NCBI GenBank assembly: GCA_963667725.2
Contig: CAXXHO010000003.1
Span: 736,001 to 800,000, forward strand
Source: Treponemataceae bacterium
GTDB lineage: Bacteria; Spirochaetota; Spirochaetia; Treponematales; Rectinemataceae
Direction of reading: 5' to 3'
DNA: 64,000 nucleotides
The notes under the pieces are model-generated. The model was not told the DNA's origin. It did no database searches and saw nothing but the letters and a program-made list of their open reading frames with translations. Below, in pieces: positions 8,367 through 17,047 of the stretch. A program made the translations under genes and the position numbers. Every line of letters begins with the position of its first letter. Within the stretch, counting starts at the first letter, position 1.

Positions 8367-10934
8367 TCATCTCTTCTCGAATAGCCTCGTAAAGACAGGC
8401 AGCTTCGCTATCTCATTCGCCAGGATCGCCACGAGGCTCGTCACCGCGCAGAAGGCTATCTCCCAGGGATGAAGCGGTGAGAAGCTGAATATTTTTTCGT
8501 TGACCGCCGGCACGAAGATGGCGATGCCGAGGAAAGTCACAGCCGCCAGACATACCCACCACAGCGCCTTGTTGGGCACCCTCAGGCTCTGGAAGATGCT
8601 TCGCGACCATGAGCGGTTGGCGAAAATCATGCCGATGTTGCCGAAAACAAGCGTGACAAAGGAGATGGCGCGGGCCTCGCCTTCGCCGAACCCCTGTCCC
8701 AAACCCCAGGCGTAGATGCCCGCGACGATGGCGAATACGACGAGCCCCTGGCATAGACCGGTAAATACCATCCTTGGCCCGAAGAGCTTTTCCTTCTTGC
8801 TGCGAGGCCTGCGCTTCATGATGTCTTCTTCCTCTTCCTCCATCTCGAAGACGATGGAGCAGGCTGGATCGATGATGAGTTCGAGGAACATGATGTGGAC
8901 AGGGAGGAGCGCGAGAGGCCAGCCGAAAAGGACGGGGAGGAGGGACATCCCGGCAATGGGCAGGTGGACTGAAAATATGAAGGTCATGGCCTTCTGCAGG
9001 TTGTCGTAGATTCTTCTTCCAAGCCTGATGGCGGCCACGATGGAGGAGAAATCGTCGTCGAGAAGGACGAGGCCGGCCGATTCCCGGGCGACGTCGGTGC
9101 CCCTGCCGCCCATGGCGATGCCGATATCGGCGGCCTTGAGGGCCGGCGAATCGTTGACGCCGTCGCCCGTCATGGCCACCACCTCGCCGTTGCTCTTGAG
9201 CGCCTGGACGATCCTGAGTTTCTGCTCGGGCACGGCGCGGGCGAATATGCTCACCTCGCCGATGCGCATGGCGAGGTCGGCGTCGCTCATCCTGTCCATT
9301 TCTGGACCGGTTATGACTTTGTCGGGATTCGGGAGGCCTATGGTCCTGGCTATGTTTTTCGCGGTGCCTGAATAGTCGCCCGTTATCATGATGACGCGGA
9401 TGCCCGCCGTCTTGCATTCGGCGACGGCGGCCGGGACCATGGGGCGTACAGGATCCAGAAGCCCGAGGAGGCCCAGAAAGCGGAAATCGAAATCGTGCTG
9501 GATTTCAGGCAGATTCATCTTCGAGAAGGAGGCGCAGGCGACGCCGATGACCCTGAGGCCGTCGTCCGCCATCCCGTCGATGTCGACGTCGAGGGATTTT
9601 CGTTCATCCGCCTTCATATGGCAGAGGTCGGCTATCGCCTCGGGCGCTCCCTTAGCCGCGATGATATAGTTTAGGCCGTCCTTGGATTCCCAGACCCTGC
9701 TCATGGCGAGAAGCTCCGCCGACAGGGAGTATTCGCGCACGAGGGACCAGTCTTCGTGCAGATGCTCCGTGTTGTGCAGCGTACGGGCGCCCAGTTCCTT
9801 CATCGCTTTTTCCATGGGTTCGAAAGGATCGGCGGGGCTCGCCAGAATGGAATATTCCACGATTTCGTGGAACTCGTCGGGCAGCGAGGCGGCCTTGCCC
9901 GACACTTCGCATAGGCGGCCTCGGGAGCAGAGCCGGGCGACGGTCATTCTGTTCAGGGTGAGGGTGCCGGTCTTGTCGGTGCAGAGGACGGTGGCCGATC
10001 CGAGGGTTTCGATCGCGTGGGTCTTGCGCGCGAGGACGTTGCGTTTGGATATGCGCCAGGCGCCGAGCGCCAGGAAAATAGTCATGACGACGGGGAATTC
10101 CTCGGGCAGGGTGGCCATGGCCAGGGAAATGCCCGCGAGGATGCCTCGGAGCCAGTCCCCTCTCGTGAGCCCGAAGATGACGACGACGAGGAGACAGAGG
10201 CTCACGCCGACGAGAGAGAAGGTCTTGACGATGGTGGCGGTCTGGTGCTGGAGATCACCCTCGTGGCCTTCACCTTCATCGAGAGTCTGGAGCGCCTTGC
10301 CGATCTTGCCGATTTCCGTGTTGAGGCCCGTGCCGAGCACGCGCGCTATGCCTTGTCCCTGGACTATCATGGAACCCGAGTAGACAAAAGGCCGGTCGTC
10401 GCCGCCGGGCCTGCCGAAGGCTTCCACGCCGTTCCAGCCGCTTTTGCGCACGGGCACCGATTCGCCCGTTAAAAGAGATTCGTCCGCGGAGAGGTTGGTG
10501 GCCCGGAGGACGACGGCATCGGCGGGTACCCTGTCGCCTTCGGCAAGGAGGACGATATCGTCGGCCACGACGTCGCGTCCCGCTATGCGCAACTGCTGCC
10601 CGCCGCGGATGACGAGGGCCCGCGGACTCGAGAGGTCGCGAAGAGCGTCGAGGGCCTTTTCGGTCTTGTTTTCCTGGTAGAGGGTTATGCCGATCACCAC
10701 GACGACAAAGCCCATGAGCATCAGGGCTTCGTCGCGGTCGCCGAGGAGGAGATAAAGCGCGCCGCAGGCGATGAGGAGCATGAACATAGGTTCCCTGACG
10801 ACGCTCCATAGTATGAGGAAAATCGAGCGTTTCTTGGACGAGGGCAGTTCGTTGTAGCCGTCGCGGGCAAGGCGCTCCATCACTTCCTGGTCGGAAAGTC
10901 CCTGCAGGGATTCAGGCTGGAAATCATCGTTCAT
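8367..10934 (-). CDS. Cation-translocating P-type ATPase (type II, Ca2+-like)
   Basis: TGES, PEEF, DKTGTLT, KGAPE, MITGD, GDGVND motifs. Confidence 0.93.
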   Translation of the reverse strand: MNDDFQPESLQGLSDQEVMERLARDGYNELPSSKKRSIFLILWSVVREPMFMLLIACGALYLLLGDRDEALMLMGFVVVVIGITLYQENKTEKALDALRDLSSPRALVIRGGQQLRIAGRDVVADDIVLLAEGDRVPADAVVLRATNLSADESLLTGESVPVRKSGWNGVEAFGRPGGDDRPFVYSGSMIVQGQGIARVLGTGLNTEIGKIGKALQTLDEGEGHEGDLQHQTATIVKTFSLVGVSLCLLVVVIFGLTRGDWLRGILAGISLAMATLPEEFPVVMTIFLALGAWRISKRNVLARKTHAIETLGSATVLCTDKTGTLTLNRMTVARLCSRGRLCEVSGKAASLPDEFHEIVEYSILASPADPFEPMEKAMKELGARTLHNTEHLHEDWSLVREYSLSAELLAMSRVWESKDGLNYIIAAKGAPEAIADLCHMKADERKSLDVDIDGMADDGLRVIGVACASFSKMNLPEIQHDFDFRFLGLLGLLDPVRPMVPAAVAECKTAGIRVIMITGDYSGTAKNIARTIGLPNPDKVITGPEMDRMSDADLAMRIGEVSIFARAVPEQKLRIVQALKSNGEVVAMTGDGVNDSPALKAADIGIAMGGRGTDVARESAGLVLLDDDFSSIVAAIRLGRRIYDNLQKAMTFIFSVHLPIAGMSLLPVLFGWPLALLPVHIMFLELIIDPACSIVFEMEEEEEDIMKRRPRSKKEKLFGPRMVFTGLCQGLVVFAIVAGIYAWGLGQGFGEGEARAISFVTLVFGNIGMIFANRSWSRSIFQSLRVPNKALWWVCLAAVTFLGIAIFVPAVNEKIFSFSPLHPWEIAFCAVTSLVAILANEIAKLPVFTRLFEKR

Positions 10935-11052
10935 GCATGCTCCTCTCCGCTCGCGCGAGTGGCGTCCGGCGTAAAGCAGTAATTATAGAACGATATAAAC
11001 TTTTTGTAAATACAGAAAGTTGAGAAAGTTAAGGTACTACAAATAGTCTTCG

Positions 11053-11081
11053 TTGACAGCAAGCCGACCGGTCTCTATACT
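11053..11081 (+). promoter_or_regulatory. Near-consensus sigma70 promoter of the MarR/GbsR-type regulator
   Basis: TTGACA-N17-TATACT, then GGAGG SD before GTG 11103. Confidence 0.7.
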
Positions 11082-11102
11082 CAAAGCATCCGGAGGGCCT
11101 TC

Positions 11103-11570
11103 GTGATCCATAACATAGACGAGATGCATTTCATAGAAGATTTGGGACTCTTCTTCGAGCAGCTGGGAATGCCGCGGATGAACGGCCGCGTCCTGGGTAC
11201 CATACTCATCTCCGATGAAATCAGCCTTTCGCTCAATGATATATGCGACACGCTAGGAGCCTCGAAAAGCGCCGTCTCCGTCGCCGCCAAGCATCTCGTC
11301 GCCGAAGGCATACTCGAACCGGCGCACTCGCCCGTGCCACGCAGAGATTACTTCCGCTTCAAGTCGGGCGGCTGGCTCACTTTCATGCGTTCCCGCATGG
11401 AGATCCTCGCCGGCCTCCACGAGATCGCCGACCGGGGGCTCGCGCTCAAGAAAGAGTCCGATCCAGCCCTGAAGGTGCGGATCGAGGAAGCGCACGACAT
11501 CTTCGAATTCGTCGAGAAGGAATTCCCCGACTGGCTCTCGCGCATGTCGGCCAAACGCAGGCAGAAATAG
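11103..11570 (+). CDS. GbsR/MarR family transcriptional regulator
   Basis: FIEDLGLFFEQLGMPRMNGRVLG, wHTH SLNDICDTLGASKSAVS, RRDYF. Confidence 0.85.
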   Translation: MIHNIDEMHFIEDLGLFFEQLGMPRMNGRVLGTILISDEISLSLNDICDTLGASKSAVSVAAKHLVAEGILEPAHSPVPRRDYFRFKSGGWLTFMRSRMEILAGLHEIADRGLALKKESDPALKVRIEEAHDIFEFVEKEFPDWLSRMSAKRRQK

Positions 11571-11576
11571 CGCCGC

Positions 11577-12209
11577 TCAGTTCATTTTATAGATAATCCT
11601 CGGAAAGGCGCTCATCAGCAGCGAGGCCAGGTTTTTCATGTCCGCGTCCTTGGTGGCCGGGTTCTTGAGCCAGAGGAGAAGCTGTTCTGGGTAGCTTCCC
11701 TTTTCGCCGATGACCCAGGGATTGAAGGCCTCGCGGAAGTCGCTCTTCGTGAACTGCAGGGTGAATTTCCCGTTGGCGACGATGGCCGGTTCGTCGGCGG
11801 GCACGAGACCTATGGAGCCGCCGTCCAGGAGAATGTAGTTCTTTTCGCCAAGGTTGGTCGCTATAGCAGGGCTTCCTTCGAGGCGGAATACAATGTAGGC
11901 GTGGCGCGGAAGTTTCTGGTTCGTTCTATCGAAACGATAGAGATACGCTCCCCCGCCGGTTTCCTTAATGTCGGCGAAGCGATAATCGGTGAGCATGAGT
12001 GCGGCCATGTTGTTGCCGAAATCGCGCAACGTCACGAGAAGAGGCATCACGATTTCTGTCCTGGCCTTCGCCTCGGGAATGATATCCAGTTTGTAGACGA
12101 CCGGCCGCGTGGTCGCGCAGGAAGCGGCGATCATGGCGAGAGCGAGAACCGCGCCCGACAGGAAGGCGCCGCGCGTGAGTTTTGAGAAAGCAATCCGGAT
12201 GTGTTTCAT
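11577..12209 (-). CDS. Hypothetical lipoprotein
   Basis: Basic N-terminus, hydrophobic stretch, lipobox AASC; SD GGAGG. Confidence 0.6.
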   Translation of the reverse strand: MKHIRIAFSKLTRGAFLSGAVLALAMIAASCATTRPVVYKLDIIPEAKARTEIVMPLLVTLRDFGNNMAALMLTDYRFADIKETGGGAYLYRFDRTNQKLPRHAYIVFRLEGSPAIATNLGEKNYILLDGGSIGLVPADEPAIVANGKFTLQFTKSDFREAFNPWVIGEKGSYPEQLLLWLKNPATKDADMKNLASLLMSAFPRIIYKMN

Positions 12210-12375
12210 GGTAGCCTCCCTTCACTTGTATGATACAACCCTAGAGGAGGCGGAGGCGATTGTCAAGTTTTTCGCCGCGCCGGACTCTTTGAAGCGCCGT
12301 TTCCCGCAGCGGGAGAATCGAAGGCGGCATGGCGGGCTCCTTGCACGAGGAGAGCCGTAATAGTAGAGTCTGGGC

Positions 12376-12996
12376 ATGCTTCCCAAGGATTATCTGAAAT
12401 GGTACGCGCGCTCTCCGCTGGGGATCGGCAGCGGCTTCGCGGGGCTGGCCGCCGCTCTCGCGGGCGTCGCCGGCGGAATTCCGGCAGGCTTCGCGCTCTT
12501 GGCGGGATCGGCCATCGTCATTTCGGCCGGATTGGTCTCTCTTCTTGTCGGGGCTGGACCTAAATCAGCCATCGCCGCCAGGGAAGCGGCGCTCGGTCGC
12601 GACAGGGCGAAGAAGCTGAGCCATGCCGACGCCTCGAGGGAAAAGCTGGCGCGGATCAGGATCGCCGAGGGGCCCGCGGCCGATGCCGTCCGACTCGTCG
12701 CGCTGGCCGCGGGCGAGTATCTGGATGCCTGCAGGCGTGAAGGCAAGGACGATCCACTAGCCGACGCCGCGCTGGACGAGGCTCTCGATATCGTCGACAT
12801 TTTTCAAAAGGAAAAAGACGAAGCCGCCACCGAGAAACGCTTTGGGCTGGAGGACGCGGACCCCTTCGCGGACGCGGAAAGCCGCGTTGCCGCTGCGCTG
12901 CGCGAAAAAGCGGGGCTTCTGCGGGAGCGGCGGATTCAGATAGACGGCGGCTTACCCGCGTCCGGCCGCATGTCGGTCAGGGAGGAGATTGAATGA
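12376..12996 (+). CDS. Hypothetical membrane protein (two N-terminal TMs, helical C-terminus); first gene of the radical SAM operon
   Basis: 206 aa ORF, ATGA overlap with the next gene, promoter TTGCAC-N17-TAGAGT immediately upstream. Confidence 0.7.
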   Translation: MLPKDYLKWYARSPLGIGSGFAGLAAALAGVAGGIPAGFALLAGSAIVISAGLVSLLVGAGPKSAIAAREAALGRDRAKKLSHADASREKLARIRIAEGPAADAVRLVALAAGEYLDACRREGKDDPLADAALDEALDIVDIFQKEKDEAATEKRFGLEDADPFADAESRVAAALREKAGLLRERRIQIDGGLPASGRMSVREEIE

Positions 12997-14720
12997 AACG
13001 AACGCGTTTCGGGGCAATGCTCGCCATCGCGCTTTTCGCTCTCGTGGGCGGCCTGTCCGCCCTTTCGACATCGCTGGAGTCGGCCGACATCACGGTGGTC
13101 TTGAGGACCGACGGCAAAGCGGATCTGTACTACTGCCTCAAATGGGAAGCCTCGGGCGGCCAGATGCACGGATTCTATTTCCAGGGCGAAGCCTTCGAAC
13201 CTGTCTGGGACATGAACGGCTGCTATGCCGACCTCCCCGGCGGCCTCCGCCAGCCTCTTTCCATAAAACCGATGGGTTCGGGAAAATTCGATGTCATTCT
13301 CTCGGACGGCAAGGGCTTCTCCGGCAGCGCCTACTACTTCCTGCACTATGCGGGGGATTTCGCCCGCGCCGGCCTCATCGGCAGGACAACCAGCCAGGAG
13401 TTCGGGGATCTTCTCTACTTCGACTGGGCTCCCGTCGAGTGGGATGCGGGCATGGAATCGCGGACGGTGAGGCTCGTACTCCCCATGAAGGTGGCTGGCG
13501 AGTCGCTCACCGAAACCGAGCGTTCCGGCGTCCCTCTGAAAACCGAAAAATCGGTGAATGCCGAGAACAAGATAGATTACTACGGCTCGAAGGGCGATGA
13601 CGGCTCATATTACCTGACGCTGAGGTTTTTCCAGGAAAAGCTCGCGGCGCGGCAAACCCAGCGCCTGCGGCTGTATTTCCCCGAAGGCTATCTGCCCATG
13701 ACGGCGGCCTTCGATGAGGCGGCGGGACAGGCAGGGGCCACGGGGCAGCTTGGAGCCATGGGGGAGCCCGGCGCCAATGGGCAGCCCGGCGCCGCGGAAG
13801 GCTCGGGCGGTAACGGAGAAAGCCTGCGCGGCCTCAGGCTGCTGACGAATCCCCTCGTCGCGGTTCCGGCCTTCGCGGCGCTCATCGCGCTGGCGCTGTA
13901 CCTTTACATGCTGAACCTTCGCCGCTACGGAAAGCGCGCCGCCCTCGTGAAGGGAATCGCCTGGGCCGGCGATTCCTGGGTGCCGCCCAAGCTGTTTACC
14001 GGAACCTATCAGGTTCCGGGCAAGATAGCCGAGGATCTGCATCCCGCCGAAGTGGCGCTTCTCTTCGAGTTTCCCCTCGCCAGGGTCGTCGCCCTCATGC
14101 TCGAAGGGCTGCGAAGTCAGGGAATCATCACGATCGCTGAGGAAAATCCCTTGAGGATTTCCATCCTGAGCCGGAATGAGGCGAAGGACGAGATAGAGGA
14201 AAGCTTCCTCGCCTGCTTCGATGCCGAGGGCAGGGTCCTGTCCGGCCTGATGATGGACTTCTTCGAGGCGACGATACGCGGGCTCCAGGAAAAGCTCTGG
14301 GACTGCGACATGGAGGCGACGAAGGCTCATTACCGGGCCCTGCTGGCCGAAGCCGAGACGATGGAGTCGGAGCGAAAAAGCGGCGAAGCGCTCATGGACG
14401 AAGAACGCCGGCTCGCCTGGCGCGCCCGCAACCATTACTGGTACTACTGGCATGGCTACTGCTATGTCCATTCCCATCCCGCGCGCTTCTTGGGGCTGGG
14501 ACTTCCCGAGGCGCTCTCGACGGGCTACAGCGATTTCATGCGATCTTCGGCCTGCTTCTCCGGCTGCTTCACTCCCGGCAAGGAAGGCCAAGCGGGAGCC
14601 TGCTATTCGGCCTGCCACAACGCTTGCCATGATGCCTGCCATTCGGCCTGTCATTCAGCATGCCATTCGGCCTGCCACTCGGCATGCCATTCGGCATGCG
14701 TATCCGGAGGCGGTCATTGA
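12993..14720 (+). CDS. Signal-peptide, single-TM membrane protein (DUF2207-like N-terminus) with a C-terminal (CHxA)n Cys/His repeat tail
   Basis: 575 aa; signal peptide, beta-rich domain, Gly-X-Y linker, TM VAVPAFAALIALALYLYML, tail CYSA-CHNA-CHDA-(CHSA)5-CVSGGGH. Confidence 0.8.
   Translation: MKRTRFGAMLAIALFALVGGLSALSTSLESADITVVLRTDGKADLYYCLKWEASGGQMHGFYFQGEAFEPVWDMNGCYADLPGGLRQPLSIKPMGSGKFDVILSDGKGFSGSAYYFLHYAGDFARAGLIGRTTSQEFGDLLYFDWAPVEWDAGMESRTVRLVLPMKVAGESLTETERSGVPLKTEKSVNAENKIDYYGSKGDDGSYYLTLRFFQEKLAARQTQRLRLYFPEGYLPMTAAFDEAAGQAGATGQLGAMGEPGANGQPGAAEGSGGNGESLRGLRLLTNPLVAVPAFAALIALALYLYMLNLRRYGKRAALVKGIAWAGDSWVPPKLFTGTYQVPGKIAEDLHPAEVALLFEFPLARVVALMLEGLRSQGIITIAEENPLRISILSRNEAKDEIEESFLACFDAEGRVLSGLMMDFFEATIRGLQEKLWDCDMEATKAHYRALLAEAETMESERKSGEALMDEERRLAWRARNHYWYYWHGYCYVHSHPARFLGLGLPEALSTGYSDFMRSSACFSGCFTPGKEGQAGACYSACHNACHDACHSACHSACHSACHSACHSACVSGGGH
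14601..14708 (+). repeat. 12-nt coding tandem repeat, nine CxxX units
   Basis: tgc/tgt cat/cac tcg/tca gcc/gca units with synonymous variation between copies. Confidence 0.9.
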
Positions 14721-16138
14721 TCGGCGGCGATCAGAACGCGCGCGGAGGGAGCCAAGGCGACCGACCAGATCTCTCCTGGGTGCCGGGATTCTGGGAATCC
14801 GTGCGCGATTACATGTTCGTGCGCGAGGAGGACAACGTCGTCATTCTTCCGCCCAACATGGTCTATAAAACCAACGAAACGGGCGTGAAGATCCTCGCGG
14901 CCCTCGATTCGGGCCAGAAAATCGAGAAGCTGCCGGGAATGGACGCGGCGAAGCTGCGCGACATCGCCGGTTTTCTTTCGGACATCAAGGATATCTGCGA
15001 CGGCCGCCAGGTGACGACAGAGCGCGTCGCCTACGGCTTCGACTTCACCCGACTCCCCATCCTGGGGGAGATCGCCGTCACCTACCGCTGCAACAACCGC
15101 TGCCTTTTCTGCTACGCGGGCTGCGGGAGCGGAGGGAGCTGCGGATCCGGGCAGGCCTTTCCTTCCGGCATGGCCTCGGAAGAGATGGATACGCGGGAAA
15201 TTAAGCGCGTTATTGACATTTTCAGGGAAAAGGCCAAAATTCCCTTTTTCTCCTTCACCGGGGGGGAGCCGCTGCTCAGGACCGACCTCGAGGAGTTCAT
15301 CGCCTATGCCGACGGGAAACATCTTCGCGTCAATTTGATCACGAACGGCACGTTGGCGAACCCCGAGCGCGCCCGGTCCCTCTACAAGGCGGGCTTGAGG
15401 ACGGCCCAGGTGAGCCTTGAAAGTCCCGACGCCGCGATCCACGATCGTCTCTGCGGCGCCCCGGGCGCGCACGAGCGCACCTTGGCGGGCATCGAAGCGC
15501 TCGCCGCCGCGGGAATCCGCGTCCAGACCAACTCGACCCTTACCCGGCCCAACAGGGAGAGCCTTCTCTCGATGCCCGCCTACCTGAAGAGCCTCGGCGT
15601 CGAGCGTTTTTCGATGAACCTCTACATCCCGGCTGCCAATTCCGAGCGGGCGCCCGAGCTCTTCGTGGCCTATTCGGATACCGGCGCCTTTGTCGACGAA
15701 ATCCGCCGGCAAGCCTTCAGGGAAGGGCTCACTTTCTTCTGGTATTCACCGACGCCGCTCTGCATCTACAATCCCGTCGCCAGGGGTTTGGGCAACAAGA
15801 GCTGCGCCGCCGCCGACGGTCTCCTGAGCGTGAATCCCGCCGGCGATATCCTGCCCTGTTCCTCCTATCCCGAATCGCTCGGCAACATTCTGAAGAAAGA
15901 TTTTTCGGATATCTGGTTCTCGGAACGCGCCGCCCACTTCAAGAATAAACGCTACGCTCCCGAATCCTGCGAAAGCTGCGGTTCATTCACCGCCTGCCAG
16001 GCCGCCTGCCCTCTTTATTGGGACTACGCTGGCTACGGCGAGCTCGAGAACGCAAGGAAAACGATGGAAACAAGAGCAAGCGGCGATAATCGCGCGATGT
16101 CGCGGCCCGCGGTTTCCGCGGCCGACGAAAAGAGGTAA
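14717..16138 (+). CDS. Radical SAM/SPASM domain protein with a PqqD/RRE-like N-terminal domain
   Basis: CNNRCLFC, FTGGEPLL, ITNG, SPASM C-X12-G-X4-C...CESC-X5-C-X3-C; start likely TTG 14717 (GGAGG 6 nt upstream, TTGA overlap with the previous stop). Confidence 0.9.
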   Translation: MIGGDQNARGGSQGDRPDLSWVPGFWESVRDYMFVREEDNVVILPPNMVYKTNETGVKILAALDSGQKIEKLPGMDAAKLRDIAGFLSDIKDICDGRQVTTERVAYGFDFTRLPILGEIAVTYRCNNRCLFCYAGCGSGGSCGSGQAFPSGMASEEMDTREIKRVIDIFREKAKIPFFSFTGGEPLLRTDLEEFIAYADGKHLRVNLITNGTLANPERARSLYKAGLRTAQVSLESPDAAIHDRLCGAPGAHERTLAGIEALAAAGIRVQTNSTLTRPNRESLLSMPAYLKSLGVERFSMNLYIPAANSERAPELFVAYSDTGAFVDEIRRQAFREGLTFFWYSPTPLCIYNPVARGLGNKSCAAADGLLSVNPAGDILPCSSYPESLGNILKKDFSDIWFSERAAHFKNKRYAPESCESCGSFTACQAACPLYWDYAGYGELENARKTMETRASGDNRAMSRPAVSAADEKR

Positions 16139-16142
16139 AGCG

Positions 16143-17015
16143 ATGGACTACGAATTTTCTTCCATGAAACTGAGTCTTTCCGCAAGGCTGGCCCTCGCGG
16201 CCGGGCTTTTTTCCGTTGGAGCCCTCCTCCAGGTCCTCTTCGGCTGGGGCCTCCTGCCCGGCTTGATCGCCATTGTCCTCGGCTACATTCCCCTGCGCCT
16301 CAAGCCGATAACGAACAAGCCGGCCGACCAGGGGCTCGAGGAATGGCGTCCCGTCTCGATGGCCGAGATCGACAAGCTGGCTGATACCCTGCGCGAATCG
16401 AAGGCGATCTTCGGCAAGTCCATCGGCGGCAGCGTTCTCATGGTCATACTGGCAAGCGCCGTGGCGATCGCCGCTGGTGTTTCGCTCGCCTTCAGCCCCG
16501 ATCTGTCGCTGGTTCTGGCCGACGGACTGCTTTTCGCCGTACCCGCCATGTTTTTCGGAAGGGTGAAGGCCTTCGTGCCCCATGTCCTTTCTCTGAAAAT
16601 GCCCTGCTTCCAGGCGCTCTTTGCCGAGCGGATCCCCGAGCACGTCGTCGTCACGCCCTATCTTCGCTTCGACAAGGACAAGAATGGGGGCGACGTGCCC
16701 GAGGATATCCGCCTCATGATCGAGCCCAAGCGCAAACCCGACGATTTCGTGGGCGTTCAGGTCCAGGCGGCCATCAACAAGGGGCCGAGCGCCGAGGTGC
16801 CTTATCTCTACGCCGTTATTCTCACGAAAGGGAAGGGCGCCAGCTACCGCAGGTTCGAGGATCTGCGCGCGAGCGGCTACGAAAAAGAAGCCGGCGGCGA
16901 CGAAGCCTACGGCAGCATCGTCGTGAGGCAGGAGACTTCGGGGACGGGCTACGCCACGAAACCTTCCGACTGCGTGAGGCTGTTCAACCTGATCTGCGGA
17001 ATCCTGAAGGCTTAA
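16143..17015 (+). CDS. Hypothetical membrane protein (about 4 TMs plus a soluble C-domain); last gene of the radical SAM operon
   Basis: 290 aa ORF starting 4 nt after the radical SAM stop, GAGG SD. Confidence 0.7.
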   Translation: MDYEFSSMKLSLSARLALAAGLFSVGALLQVLFGWGLLPGLIAIVLGYIPLRLKPITNKPADQGLEEWRPVSMAEIDKLADTLRESKAIFGKSIGGSVLMVILASAVAIAAGVSLAFSPDLSLVLADGLLFAVPAMFFGRVKAFVPHVLSLKMPCFQALFAERIPEHVVVTPYLRFDKDKNGGDVPEDIRLMIEPKRKPDDFVGVQVQAAINKGPSAEVPYLYAVILTKGKGASYRRFEDLRASGYEKEAGGDEAYGSIVVRQETSGTGYATKPSDCVRLFNLICGILKA

Positions 17016-17047
17016 GCGCCGGCCCGCGCTATCGCCGCCTCGTTATA

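Noticed and set aside
14660..14716. Track start of the radical SAM ORF (MPFGLPLGMPFG...)
   Set aside because: Out-of-frame reading of the CHSA repeat; the SD and stop overlap support TTG 14717
14601..14720. Tail as a conventional multihaem cytochrome c or a His-Xaa-Ser repeat protein
   Set aside because: Spacing is CxxxCH with shared cysteines and period 4, not CxxCH or period-3 HxS, and the tail is predicted cytoplasmic
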